64,000 nucleotides of DNA from Eledone cirrhosa (GCA_964016885.1 OZ024744.1:10044001-10108000); one strand, 5' to 3'; shown: positions 1 to 13,500, numbered from the stretch's first letter. Notes: generated by a model from the letters alone, not told the origin. A program made the numbers and translations.

Positions 1-68
1 GCCTGACTTCATATCCCTGATTGCCTTACTTACTACACTACTGCTAATTTGTATATATATATATATAT

Positions 69-513
69 ATAGTGAAAGAGTGAAGAATAACATGGTCAAC
101 AGTACAAAAAGGGTTTTATTTACAGTATTAATAATTGTTTCATTGATTAGGGTGTCTAAAAATTGCTAATCACTTGAAGTTGTGTCACTCAATTTTAAAT
201 ACAATGTATGCCTAATCAAATCATCAGAAAAACTGATTAAAATTATACACAGCGTTTGTAATATACTAGGAAAATTCAAATCACAACTTTATTACTGATG
301 TTGTGATTTAAATTTTCCTAATATATTACAAACGCCGTGTATAATTTTAATCAGTTTTTCCAATGATTAGGCATACATTGTATTTAAAATTGAGTGACAC
401 AACTTCAAGTGATTAGCAATTTTTAGACACCCTAATCAATGAAACAATTATTAATACTGTAAATAAAACCCTTTTTGTACTGTTGACCATGTTATTCTTC
501 ACTCTTTCACTAT
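69..513. repeat. Long inverted repeat (arms ~69-287 and ~300-513, 12-bp spacer) next to (TA)n; possible Penelope-like/retrozyme remnant extending to ~677
   Basis: atagtgaaagagtgaagaataacatggtcaacagtac... at 69 is the reverse complement of ...gtactgttgaccatgttattcttcactctttcactat ending at 513. The arms match with few substitutions and one small indel. (TA)n tracts lie at ~52-70 and ~678-710. Confidence 0.9.
122..236 (-). ncRNA. Degenerate type I hammerhead-ribozyme-like motif
   Basis: The minus strand reads cagttttt-CTGATGA-t-TTGATTAGG...(~59 nt)...CCTAATCAA-t-GAAAC-aatt-at-taatactg. Both core boxes flank a 9-bp stem II; stems I and III are imperfect. Confidence 0.4.
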
Positions 514-677
514 TATTACTCCAAGATTAACCTGCATAGGAATACCCGAGCACTCACAAACTCGCTACCTGAGGAAACCTCTTGTTGAGTCAAACAACAC
601 CGTACGTTAAAACTATCCACAATACAGAGTACTCACAACCTCTAACTGGATTACCTGTAACGATAATTTGTTATCCC

Positions 678-711
<34 letters not shown>

Positions 712-1063
712 CAGTGTACCCCCAGCACTCGCAGTCCCAGTTATTCACGGAATTTTCCTCAGAACCTAACTAATAATTGTTCATGGACCCCACCACATAT
801 TCACAGAATCGTAAATATCTTATTTTTTTAATGGCTTTTTCATGGCAATATATATTTTTTAATACTAAATTATTAATAACAAGATACGATATTTGCTGGC
901 CTATTGGATGCCCCTTCGTATAAGATGTTCCCTCTTTATTTTATATATTTTACATCATATTTTGATGTTTATAGGCATTTTTATGGACCACATCCAATAT
1001 TTGAGGTTTTTCACTCTTCGCAGGTACTCTAGGAACATAACCCCTGCCAATACCGAGGGACAA

Positions 1064-1066
<3 letters not shown>
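712..1066. mobile_element. Tc1/mariner (pogo/Tigger-like) MITE inserted in TA
   Basis: Left end cagtgtacccccagcactcgcag versus reverse complement of the right end cagttgtccctcggtattggcag (imperfect TIR starting CAG). TA or (TA)n on both sides; no coding capacity. Confidence 0.7.
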
Positions 1067-1099
<33 letters not shown>

Positions 1100-1609
1100 T
1101 TGTATAATCGAAATGAATTCTAGCTGTTGGCCGATTCTGTAATGTTGAAATTTCAATCATTCTTCCTGTCTGTAAATCCATTTAGAATTAAGTACTCCTG
1201 TTAGAAAAGCAGTTATGTCTCACTTATTTGTTTTTCCAGTATCTCCCAGGCTGGCTACGCACGTCCAGAAATCCCCTTTTCCCTCCCACCCACCCCCACT
1301 TACCACCATAGTTATTGGGCCATTCAAAGCTCAGCAGTTTTATAGTAAGGTTTCTAAGGCTAATCTCTGTCGCAAGGCTGATACTTCTTCAACTTAAACC
1401 TGTGTTCACTATGATAAATGGATTACGGAGTTGGGGAATATGAACACTCACAATGACAACCACAAAGATAAATTCTCCTTCCGTTTCAGGACAAGCATGC
1501 AAACGCTCCTCTTTATATCAGATATGGAAGCCCAAGACCAACATAATTTTGTCTCTCACACGCCTTCTTGTGCCTCCATCCCATCCCTTTCTCCCTCCCA
1601 GCGAAATCC

Positions 1610-4600
1610 AAAACTTCAGAGTTGGTACCATGAACATAGGCACAGTGAAACGGGGTTGTAGAGATGCTTGAATGTAAGGAAGTCAATGTTTGTTGTGTTC
1701 AAGAGACCAGGTGGAGGGGTGGGTCTGCTAGATTCATTGTGGGCAAGAAACAATGCTATAAGCTTTTCTGGATGGGTTGTGATAGCGGGCTGGGTGCTGT
1801 TGGAATTATGTTAGCAGAAAAATGGGTAGACAAGAAAATTACCATAGATAGAGTGAATGACAGGATCATTAAAATAAGATTAGTACTAAATAGGACAACT
1901 GTATCTAATATTTCTGCTTATGCACCCCAATCTGGCCTACCTGACGTTATAAAATACAGGTTCTATGAGTCTCTAATGCTCAGTACCTCCCAGATACCTA
2001 ACAGTGACTATATAATTATTGCTGGCAACTTTAATGGTCACGTTGGACAACATTATGATGGCTATGATGGAATCCATGGAGGCTATGGGTTTGGCACTAG
2101 AAATGAGGAAGGTTTCAGGATCCTGGAATTCTGTGATGCAAATAACCTGACTATCTGTAACACAAACTTAAAAAAACATGACAGTCATTTGATCACCTGT
2201 AGATCAGGGGAGCACACCAGCCAGATAGACTTTATCCTTACTAGAAAATGAGACAAAGTGTCTGTTTTGAACACTAAGTCCCTCCCTCGCGAAGAATGCG
2301 CCTCACAACATAACTTAATAGTTAGTGACCTCATAGTCAGGGCCAGATGTACTTGCCGACAGAGAAATACCTTAAGGAAACGATTATGAAAGTTAAAGAA
2401 CCCCACAGGCAGTAACAAATTTAAAAGCATATTACTTGATGCTTTTGACAGTAAAGGAAGAGCAATTAAAGACGTACAATATAGAGGAACAGTGGAAATT
2501 CCTGAAAATTAACCAGTTTAAGGCGACTGATGGCTGGAGCAGACCTTTAGGCAGGAGGAGAGTGACATGGTGGTGGAACAGTAAGGTGGAGAAGACAATC
2601 AAGGCCAAAAAGCAGGCTTGGAAAGAATGGCAGGATGGGGGTAGTAGAGAACTCTATCAGGTAGCTAGGAGAGAAGCTAGACAACAAGTATACCTTGCAA
2701 AGAGGGAAGCAGAGGATAGTAATTCAAGCATATTCTACAACGTGAGGACCAATGACGCGAGGTGTTCAGGATTATGAGGCAATGCGTCAAGGAGAATTGT
2801 GATATTGTCGGGGAGACGTGTGTCCGTAATGACTGATAAGAAGGTAGCTTGGAAGTGTCACTACGAGAGACCATTAAATAAGGAGGATAAATGGAATAAA
2901 GATAGTCTGCCCCACATTTATCCAATAGAGGGACCAGCTGTGCAAGTTAATGGTAGTATAATAAGTAAGGCAATCAAAGATGTAAAGATAGGCAAGGCAG
3001 CTGGGCCTTCGGAGATAGTTGCTGAGATGTTGAAAGCATCTGGAATGGTTGGACACACTATGGTCACTCGGATAGTAAACCAAGTAATACAGAATGGGGT
3101 CATACCAAATGACTAGCAGCATCATCATCAACTGTTACAAGGGCAAAGGAGATGTCCTGGATAGAGGAAACTATAGGGGCATTAAATTAGTTGACCAGGC
3201 CATGAAAGTCACAGAAAGAGTTATTACTCAACTGATTAGGGACCGAATTGATCTAGATGAAATGTAGATTGGGTTTGTTTCAGGTAAAAGTACCTCAGAT
3301 GCTCTTTTCCTTGTATGGCAAATACAGGAGAAGAACCTAGCTAACAGTAAACCTCTCTACTTAGCTTTTGTTGACCTGGAGAAGGCTTTTGACAGAGTCC
3401 CACACACCTTAATCTGGTGGGCTCTTAGAAAACTAGGCGTGGAAGAGCTATACAAACCATGTATAGAGGAACAGTCAGCAAGGTTAGAATTAACAAAGAA
3501 TATAGTGAAGAATTTAACGTAATATTACGGGTTCACCAAGGCTATTGTCCTACAGGCTATAACAGAAGGGTTTAAGACTGGCTGCCCATGGGAACTTCTA
3601 TACGAATATGATCTAACTCTAGATGAGAAATTCCAAACATGGAAGCATGGCCTAGAATCAAAAGGCCTTAAAGTTAACTTGTCTAAGACTAAAGTTCTAG
3701 TTTGTAGAAAGGAAAATAGGGCACAGGTCCCATCTGGGAAATGGCCATGCTCAGTGTGTAGGAAAGGAGTAGGTAGAAAGTCCATTCTATGTCCCAAATG
3801 CAAAGTATGGGTGCATAAAAGATGTAGTGGGATCACAGGTAAGCTAACTAAGAATATAGATTTTATACGTGGCCGGTGCTCTGGTGCAATAAGTAGCAAG
3901 GAGCCACTGGATGATATCTCCTTCAACTGCCCAGATGGTTCTACAGAAATAGTAGACACTTTCTCTAAAAGTTAAAGGCAGATTGTATGATGCTTGTATA
4001 AGAACGGCAATATTACATGGTAGTGAGACTTGGGTGTTGTGTGCTGAGGACTTGCATAGATTAGAAAGAAATGAAGCTTGCATGCTCCGATGGATGTGTA
4101 ATAGTAACGTGCATGAACAGCGAAGCATAAACGAATTGAGAGAGAGACTAAGCATAAAAGGAATCAAATGTGTTCTGGAGAGGAGATTGTGTTGGTATGG
4201 ACATGTGATGCATATGAAGTACGACAGTAGTATAAAAAAGTGCAGGGCAATGAAAATTGATGGAAGCTACGGAGTGCGTAGACCAAGGAAAACCTGGGAC
4301 AAGGTGATAAAAACTGACCTTGCTCACCTACACCTCTCTAAGACAATGTCACTGGATCGAGATCTTTGGCACCATGCAGTTGTACGGAAAACCCGACTAC
4401 CATTGCATACAAACCTACAGTCAGTAGGCACCTCTTAACTCAATGTACACCCCACCCCATCCTCCCTTTCCCATTCCGTCCACTATGTCAATGACACTGT
4501 AAGGTGGTCATGTAGGAGACAGTGAAAAGGTTCCCAGTCCACACTGTAAGGTGGCCATGTAGGAGCCACGGTAAAAAGGCTCCCAGTCCACACTGTAAAT

Positions 4601-4763
4601 GTAGTTGGTGTTAGGAAGGGCATCCAGCTGTAAAAAACCTGCCAGAGACACTTCCGTGCAAGCGAGACATGGTCTCCCAACCATTTCCACATCAAATGGA
4701 ACAAAACCATCTAACCCATGCTAGCATGGAAGATGGATGTTAAACGATGATGATGATGAGGAT
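1610..4763 (+). mobile_element. Decayed RTE-clade non-LTR retrotransposon (APE endonuclease + RT), 3' UTR and (GAT)n tail
   Basis: APE motifs RVGTMNIG, VQETRW, ISAYAPQ, GNFNGHVG, SQIDFIL; RT motifs KAAGP, NYRGIKL, AFVDLEKAFD; C-terminal LHGSETW, RRLCWYGHV, RPRKTW; ends taaacgatgatgatgatg. Many stops and frameshifts; the YADD motif is mutated (ELLYEYDL). The 5' boundary is approximate. Confidence 0.92.
1615..4438 (+). pseudogene. Fragmented RTE ORF (APE-RT)
   Basis: ORF pieces 1664-2251, 2436-2777, 2799-3116, 3679-3975 and 3983-4438 are colinear fragments of one APE-RT protein. Confidence 0.9.
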
Positions 4764-6409
4764 ACAAAATGATATTAAGACATGTTATGTTTGCATAATT
4801 ATTTTATTGCATTATACGTATTTCAATGACATGGTGGTTAGACATTATGCAAAGGTTCCATCATTAATAGGCACCAATGTTTGCTCACTTTACAAACAAA
4901 CTTCTTAATCATGTGGTGCACCAACATATACAAATACCATTAAAGACATGTGCCCTTAAAGTGTGTTCAACTATCGCATATGGAGAATCCTCTAATGTTC
5001 TTCAACTCCAAGATTTTTAATTACAGTTAGAAATTTAGTGTAGATTAATAGAGAGACAAGAGATAAGCTATTTTTAATTCCAGCACCATCTTCAAGTTGT
5101 TGATTGAAGAGGAAAAATCCCATCTCCAGATATTTCCATCTTATGAGACATTTTTACTACAGCCAACAGACACCGAAAAATTGTCTGTTTCCCCTGCCAA
5201 TGAAAAGCAGAGGGCTTTTCAAATGGTTCAAAAGATTGCTTAATACAGAATCCCACACTCAGTAACAGTCATTCATCATAATTCCATAGCATGAATACAT
5301 GTATTATGTTTTTGATCTTTATGTATTGCCGACAAAACTAGTGCCTGCCTCTAGGAATATCTCAAAAGGTCAATATCACCATTGCTTAGAACATCTACCA
5401 TGTTATCATTTCTCTTATGCATCTTCTAACCGTCAACAGAATGCAAGGGTTGATGTTTCAATGACCATATTTCCTAATCAGTGGATGTTTCTGAGAACCT
5501 AGCAATGATCCAAATTCTTATCAATTAACAACCTATAACATTTTCAGGGCTGCAACAGAAACATTACCCTATCTGGCCACCATCCACGAAACCTCCCACA
5601 TTTTTTGAAAGGGAAAAAAGGTTTTGAATAGTCCAGTAATAGGTTTCCTGCTCTCCACCACAAAACATACCTGCTTCCTATACATAAAATAAATGTGACT
5701 AAGGAATAGTTCTGTTTCCAGGTGTAACCAACACTCAGATCTCCATCCTTATCACCAACTAATTCAGTCTACATATAGACCTGTTTTCAACAACTGTCAC
5801 CAGTGTATCTATGTCCATCTCTGTTGCTATATCACCAATCATCACCTTGGTCACTCACTATTGATAAGAGAACAAACTCTTCAGAGGAACACTCCTGTAC
5901 AACATTGGACTTGGCAGAGTTTAATGAGAAAGGACAGCAATGTGTTCAGTTGTGGCAGAACCACATATAGCCAAGCTTTATAACTGACACTCTTGTGGAC
6001 ACGATAAGAAGAAAAGGAACCAATCATACTTGGGGGGTGGGGGTGCACATTGTTGCAACACAACTCCCAATGTTGCATGCTTCTTTCTCAGACACTTCTT
6101 GGTCTTTACCAGAAAAGGGTTGCTTATCTTTCTCACCTATTAATTTCATACTTCAGAAAGTCATGCAGCACAATGTAGAATGCCTGAATACTGAGTTCAA
6201 GAATTTGTTATACTCAAACAAGATCTGACTTTCACCTGTCACTGCTGTTTTTATCCATGTTGCTACTCCCATCTCTCGACACAAATTGTTACTGTCATCT
6301 ATCATTAGATTAGCTTTGATCAAGTAGATTTATTGCAAGTAAGTAGTCTATTATTCAAGATATACTATACATCTGCCTAGCTTACAACTGTACTGAGAAC
6401 TATGAACTG

Positions 6410-6540
6410 AAGTTAACCTTGCCTTTCATCCTTTTGGGAATTGATAGAATAAAGTACCAATTCAAAACAGTGCACTGGAGGAATTGGTAGAGTAGCAGAT
6501 GATACATTTTTAGTTCAAATCCCACTGTGGTTAATTCTGG
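6410..6540 (+). mobile_element. SINE fragments
   Basis: ccttgcctttcatccttttgggaattgatagaataaagtacca resembles a conserved invertebrate SINE central domain; followed by A-box/B-box-like ttggtagag...gttcaaatccc. Recognised from memory, not by search. Confidence 0.4.
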
Positions 6541-6664
6541 GATAAACTTAATCTGTCACCCTGTTTAATTTCATCACCTGACCTTTGGGCGTCTTTAATT
6601 AAAACTACTTTATTGTAAACATTTAAGCCACATCACTTGTTGAAAACATCAGTTTTTATACATT

Positions 6665-6965
6665 CTTTTAATCTTTTACTGGTTTCAGTCATTTGACTGC
6701 TGCCATTCTGGGGCACTACTTTGAAGGGATTTAGTTGATTATATCGAACCCTGTATTTATTTTTTAGGTTTGATACTTATTTTGTTAATCTCTTTTTGTC
6801 TAACTGTTAGATTATGGGGCATAAAGAAACAGCACACATAAGTACAAGTACTCACATGCACACATATCTATACATATATAACTGACTTCTACACTTATCC
6901 AAGACCCCACTAAGTGGGATTGAACCATGTGGCTGCAAAGGAAACTGCTTAACCACACGGCCTTG
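6665..6965 (-). mobile_element. Decayed tRNA-derived SINE
   Basis: The minus strand starts ggccgtgtggttaag (A box) ... ggttcaatcccac (B box) and ends in ...cagtcaaatgactgaaaccagtaaaaga. Confidence 0.55.
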
Positions 6966-7498
6966 TCTGCACATATTTCAAGATATTTTCTATAAAAAAT
7001 AAATAATTTGAGAAAACATCTTAATTTGCAGAAGTATTTATCAATTCAGTAGAAGCTACCTTGGAAATGGTGTAATTTTCCTTCTTCAAGAATCAGTTTA
7101 AATCAGGTCATCTTGATGGTTATGTTAAAAATAAACAATGATCAACGTTAATGTTAAACCACTTGGAAAAGTCAAAAGGCATCAATGTTGTGGGTGAGAG
7201 ACCCTCAAGACAGAGAAGAGAAAATGAGATAAAAAGAGGGAAAAATGTTTGTAATCAAGTAGATTAGGCGATCTTTAGAAATATCATTTCTTCTAAAAAT
7301 AAAGAAACATTTAACTGTCATTGTTCGTCAACTAAGAAGCAGCTTTATGTACAAATTGTCTAAATGTACAAATTAGAGTTATGGAGAACGAAGCTTGTCC
7401 TAGAGAAATCAAAAATGAAATTGACACTGTCCAACATACAAGATTTATGTGTTAATTTACTTTTTCAGGTTTTTCTTTTGTTTTGTTATTTTTTTCTC

Positions 7499-7728
7499 TT
7501 AATCCTTTCGTTACAATATTCCTAATGAGAAACAGTCTTTGTTTTTCAAATAATTTTTAAGATAATGGGATATTTGGAGTGTTTTAGTAATATAACTTTC
7601 TCATTAATAAGTTGGAGCTTGGAACATAACTTAAATTGCACTAAATTGTGACAGAAAATGTATAAATATAAATATTTAAAAACAAATAGCTTAGTATCTG
7701 AAATGAGCGAAACTAGCAGTCAAGTTAA
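7499..7728 (+). mobile_element. Old TTAA-flanked MITE relic (same family as 30336-30545)
   Basis: Starts ttaa-tcctttcgttac and ends ...gttaa; shares the internal motifs tagt(a/g)atataact and ttggaacataacttaa with the copy at 30336-30545. Confidence 0.5.
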
Positions 7729-8107
7729 ACCTGTCCTAAGAGGAGTGACCATCAACAAGTTTTTCTGAGATAGAAGTATTTTACTGTAAACAAAAGGTGT
7801 ATTAAATAACATAACCATAAAGAGGGCGTTGTGAGTCACAGTCAGGTAACTGTGTGATAAACAGGAGATTGTGAGGCCAGCCATACAGGTGTTTTAAGAG
7901 GTGTCTGGGATGTTCCATTATGTAGTTAGAATGGATGTGAGGGGAAGGTGACACTCATGTGGTTATGTGATAAATATAACAAATCAATAAGGTGGGTACA
8001 TGTTCAATCCTGAGCTAAATATGTATCCAGGAAATGTTTTGAATTCAGCACATCACAGTATCATAGAATCAGTTCCAGTTTCACATGGTTTGATATTAAC
8101 CCTTTAT

Positions 8108-8542
8108 CATTTACATTACTCTATATATAGTATTGTATTTTCACAGTAAAGGCTTTACCTCACATAATATCTCACATAACATTTACATTACTCTATATAT
8201 ACTATTGTATTTTCACAGGAAAGGCTTTACCTCACATAATATCTCACATAACATTTACATTACTCTATATACACTATTGTATTTTCACAGTAAAGGCTTT
8301 ACCTCACATAATACCTCACATAACATTTACATTACTCTATATATACTATTGTATTTTCACAGTAAAGGTTTTACATCACATAATATCGCACATAACATTT
8401 ACATTACTCTATATATACTATTGTATTTTCACAGTAAAGGTTTTACATCACATAATATCGCACATAACATTTACATTACTCTATATATACTATTGTATTT
8501 TCACAGTAAAGGCTTTACCTCACATAATATCTCACATAACAT
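8108..8542 (+). repeat. 72-bp minisatellite array 1 (~6 units)
   Basis: Unit acatttacattactctatatatactattgtattttcacagtaaaggctttacctcacataatatctcacata. Confidence 0.97.
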
Positions 8543-8753
8543 CTCGTATACGAGAGACGTGTGTTGACGTGTGTGAACAAGCTCGGCTACCGAGTCGGAT
8601 TTATTTACTCAAAAAGTGAGTTTTGATCAATTTTTTTATACTGTAATATACGTTAACCCCTTGCCTTGGTCGTCAAACTTTGAGTTTATTTATTTTCGCC
8701 CCTTTTTGGGGCGAATTTTCCAGTTAAAAATTTATTACGGCAAACTAATAGAA

Positions 8754-10487
8754 ATGGACGGAATTTTCACATCTCATCCTAACGTGAAAGCCACGCCCCC
8801 TAAGAAAGGTGATACAGAGAAGCTAGAAGCACAAGGCTCTAAGTCTTCCCTCCTCACTTCTGCAAAAGAAACATGGAACACGGAATTAAAAGAAAAATTT
8901 GTAAAAATGGGTGAAAACCCAGAAAGTCACATAAACGCAGACAAAAACAACAACGACAATAACAGCAATAGTCACAACACCAACCAAGGAAAAAATAACG
9001 ATAACACCAAACAAAGCGAACCCACTACTGGTGCCTCCTTTGCACAGGCGGTCCGGAAAACACAAACCTGCAAGCAACTGGACATTACAACTCTGAGAGA
9101 AAAGATGAAGGAAGCGAAACAGTATGTAACTTTCAAAGAAGGAGGAGACTTCACAATCACCTCCCCACAAGAAATCAAAAGAGACACGACGCTAAGAACG
9201 ATATCTTTCAGAACAATTTCCAACATAACAAGGAAACCAACTCAATTATCCCCAAAAGAGATTGAGCTGGTCCTAAAAAATGTGTGGAGTGATATATCGT
9301 TCATACAAAAAGGGCCACTCTATGGGAATATAACGGTCCTAATGAAGGATCAATTGACGGCCAGGAAATACTCTGTGGCGCCAATTGTTTCCAAGCTACA
9401 TACATTTTTCCCCACATATTTAGGGAAAAGAACGCAGAAGATAAGGGTCTCCGGAATCCGGCCAAATGTATGCATTTCCTGGGTACTAACAGGATTTTTA
9501 GAAGACGAGGACGGAATCCTTTCAGTAGGAGAAGTCACCACAGACGTTTTCGGCGGTTTGAGCGTGGAGGTTCTGGTCCAAATGAGACCAGTACGAATAG
9601 CTAGAATACCACAGAGGGTGTCCCTCGATGGAGAAACATTTATATATATTTCAGCCGAGGGTAGGAGGCCCATATGTTACTACTGTTCAAGCAGGGGTCA
9701 TCTAAGGGCTGCCTGTCCTCAATTGACAAAAAAAGGCTCTTTTGCCTACACCCCACACACCACCACCGCCACCACCACCACCACCTCCACCACCACCACC
9801 ACAACAACAACAAAAACAACACGGAAAAATAACACAAGACACGGCCCCACCCAAAACAACTCCCAAAACACACACAAATACAACAAAACCCCAAAATACA
9901 CCACTACCCGACAGCACGGACGAGGACCCAGCGGAAACGGCACCTAGTGACGAAGAGGGGGAACCCTTCCAACCTGTAAAAAGGAAAAAAAGAAAGCACC
10001 ACCCGAACATAAACGAAACAAACACACAACCACCAACAAAAACAAAACAAACAGAACAAACAAAATCCGCCCCACCCCAAAACATAACACATACAACAAA
10101 ACGTAAGCACACACAAGAACAACAAACAAACACAACACAAATAAAACAGTATACATACATTAACACAAATAACAAAGAACTAGTAAAAACAATACACAAA
10201 GACCCTTCGGTGGAAACTGAAGGGCAATTCTTTGCAAGCGCGGCCAACAAACCGCATTTAAAAATGATAAGAATCCCAATGGACACCTATGCAAAACTAA
10301 GAGAGAACTTTCCTGAAGATGTGGGGAAAACATGTACTCGACCCTATAACCGCGTCCTCTTGAAACGTTTCCCCACCCACACCTCACCAAACACCCCACT
10401 CCACCACAGAACAACACCCCACCAAACAACCCCTCCAATACGCCCATGGATATTGTGCAACCTGCTCCTCAGAAGCCGAACAGGTAG
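8754..10487 (+). pseudogene. Tx1-type ORF1 (gag-like, CYYCSSRGHLRAAC zinc knuckle, Pro/Thr-rich tail), frameshifted
   Basis: ORF 8616-9947 (ATG 8754) carries the knuckle. The tail with EPFQPVKRKKRK is in another frame (9742-10503), with the shift at the A-run near 9728-9734. Confidence 0.85.
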
Positions 10488-10508
10488 GTCCTTCCTCTTT
10501 TAACCAAC

Positions 10509-13500
10509 ATGGCTGATATAAGAGTTGGGTGTCTGAATGTACGTGGCCTGGGACTGTCTTGGAAACAAGGCAAACTTTTAAACGATCTCAGGTCGCATAG
10601 AATGGATGTAATGGCTATTTGCGAGTCCAGGATCAGCAGCGAGCACCAACTGGCGCCCCTCTTCGACGACTTTGAGATCTTCGCATCTCTCTGTCAACCG
10701 GGGGGTGGGGGTTCTGCTGCGAAAACACCTGGGCCTCGCCATACAGAAGGTGCACCTGGACCCGGAGGGTCGACTGGTGGTTTTAGACGTCGGCAGTAGT
10801 GAAAGTGGAGCCCTTAGACTAATAGCTGTGTACGCCCCTTTTTGGGCAGCGCGGCCGGAATACTTCCAACGTCTGGAAACTTTTCTGGGAACGCCCCGCT
10901 CCTTGCTTTTAGTGGGGGACTGGAATGGTATCCTGGATGCACGTTGGGACTATGTAGGGGCATGTGCCAATAGAGGGGGGGGGTGTAAAAGCCTCAAAAG
11001 GTTAATCGGCCGATTTGACCTGGCCGATAGATATCGACTAGATTTTCCGACTGTACCACTATGGACGTGGACCAATCGTAGCGGAACATCTAGGTCGTAC
11101 CTAGATAGGGTCCTAGTTAGAGAGAAGGATAGGGACACATTTAGCTGTCCAAAAATGTTCATGGTTGACTATTCGGATTACAAGTTAGTGACCTGCATAG
11201 CCAACCTTGATAGAACCCATAGACAGGGACCCGGTTACTGGAAGCTGAACTTGTCCTTACCGACAAGCAAAGCTTACAGTAAACGGATTAGCACGTTAGT
11301 TAAGCAGAGTTTGACAGGGGCAATTGTCAACAACAGGTGGTGGAGCTCTCTTAAGAGAGCAATTAGAATAGAATCGATAGGTTTTAGTCAGGAATTAGCA
11401 AGGGATAGGAACAAGACGGAAAGGGAATTAGTAGATAGAGTAGAAGAGGCGATTAGGAGTGGCAATGTAGCCGGCGTGCTAGCATCAAGAATGGCCTTAG
11501 ACCAGTTCTTTGAGGTGAAGCATGAAGGCTGCGTTGTCAGGAGTAAAATACGTGCTCTGGGTAATGAGGGAGCCAAAGCTGTGAACTGGGCCCGAGTGAC
11601 AGAGGCAAAAAGTGGGAACAAGTCCACGATTCGGTCTTTGAAGGACCAGGATGGGCGTGTGATCCTTGAACCTGGGCAGATGTGTGCGGCCTTTCAGCGG
11701 CACTTTGCACGACTGTTCGAGAGGGGCGGCGCGCCGGCTGAGACTATGGATTTCAATCCATACCTCGACGGTCTGCCGCGCCTCTCGGACGCGGAGGCGA
11801 AGTCCTGTGAAAGGACGATTTCAGCTGCTGAGATAGGGGCGGCGCTAAGCCAATGTGTCAAACGCAAATCCCCGGGTCTCGATGGTCTACCATACGAGCT
11901 ATATGTAGCGATGCCGGACTTGTTCTCCGATATCCTCGAAGCGGTCTACTGCAACTGGCAGCAGAACGGGAGAATTCCCAGGTCTGTGACCAAGGGCGTA
12001 GTTACGTTGGTGAGGAAGGATGAGAACAAGGGGGATGACATAACTAACTTCAGGCCCATAACTCTGCTAAATACAGAGTTAAAGATTTTGGCCAAGGTGT
12101 TAGCGAAGAGGTTGGCGCTTGTCGTTGGAAACCTGGTGGGAGAAGCGCAGACATGCGCAATCCCGTCCAGGTCCATTCACGACAATCTCCACCTTATGCG
12201 ATACATCATAGAGAGGGTAGGGAATGAACCCGGCTTTGGTGGGACCCTGATCAACTTGGATCAATCTAAAGCTTTCGATAGGGTTGACCATCGTTACCTG
12301 GATGCCGTGCTCGCGGCGGCAGGCTTCGGACCCGTTTTCAGGGGTTGGATTGCTGCGATGCACAGCAGCAACGTCTGCTCAAGGGTCAAGGTGAACGGCC
12401 ACCTCTCGGAGCCGTTCCAAATCATGCGATCAATCCGACAGGGATGCCCTCTCTCCTCCCTACTGTATGTGCTGGCTCTTGAGCCACTACTGCGGAAGTT
12501 GGAGCGGTTGAAGGGCATCCCTTTGGAACCGGGATTGCAGAAAGCGGCGTCGGCCTACGCCGATGACGTGACAGTAATGGTGTCGAAAACCTCGCAAATC
12601 GGTGAGATCGGCACCTTACTGGAGGAATATGAAAGGTTTACGGGAGCCAAGCTGAACCGGGACATGTCCGTCGGTTTGCAACTCGGAACATGGAGAGGCA
12701 AACCGATGCCCTCCAACGACGTCGTCGGACGCTGGACGGAGGGCCCGGTGAAGCTGCTTGGGGTCTGGTTCGGACCAGACCTCCAGGTGGAGAAAAACTG
12801 GAACGAGGTAACGGCCAGGGTGTTTGCACTCACCCAGAAGTGGGCCCAGTGCAAACTATCCCTGAAAGGTCGAGCGGAGGTGGCGAATACTTATATAGCA
12901 TCCGTCATCTACTACCGCTTGACCGTCGTGCCTTGCCCAGTGAAAAGACTCGCCAAAATGGAGTGTGCGCTGTTCCAATTTCTTTGGAACAAGCGGACCC
13001 CTTTGGTGAGGAGATCCATCTGCTGTCAACACCCTTCGAAAGGAGGGCTGGGGATGCCGTGGCTACAGATGCGTAAACACGCATTAAGGCTACGGCACCT
13101 CCAGGTATTCCTCACCAGTCAACCGGTGTGGGCCCCGTTTGTGAGGTGAGCCTTTCCCAGACTCGTCTCGCTCACCGAGCTGCAATCCTGGGTCAAGCAA
13201 AGACCGAGAAAAGTGGGCGACTGGCACATTGAATGTGCCCAGGCGCTCACGGCCCTCTGGAAAGCGGACCCGGCAATCAGTGGAGACTCCACCTCGACAT
13301 TCTATAGAGGGTTGGTACGCAGCAGGTGCGACGATGCTCTCGGAGAAGCTCTAGGCATGGAGGAAGATGAACTGGCCAGTCTGTTCGGTAGGACGTTTGG
13401 CCCTGGACCGATGGACAACTTCCAAAAGTCCCTGGCTTGGCAGTGCTACCGAGGGGCTCTACCCGTTCGAGACAAGCTCCACAGGCATGGGAGCCTGGGT

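Noticed and set aside
4800-6350. Possible very old LTR-element gag/pol relic on the minus strand
   Set aside because: Only faint motif-like fragments and no continuous frame; cannot be supported without a translated homology search.
6900-6965. tRNA gene
   Set aside because: A/B-box-like motifs only, with no cloverleaf; better explained as a SINE head.
8108-8542. 72-bp repeats as LINE 5'-UTR promoter monomers (mouse L1 style)
   Set aside because: An array also follows the last LINE with no element downstream, and the array ends connect to the MITE termini, so the repeats fit better as host/target sequence.
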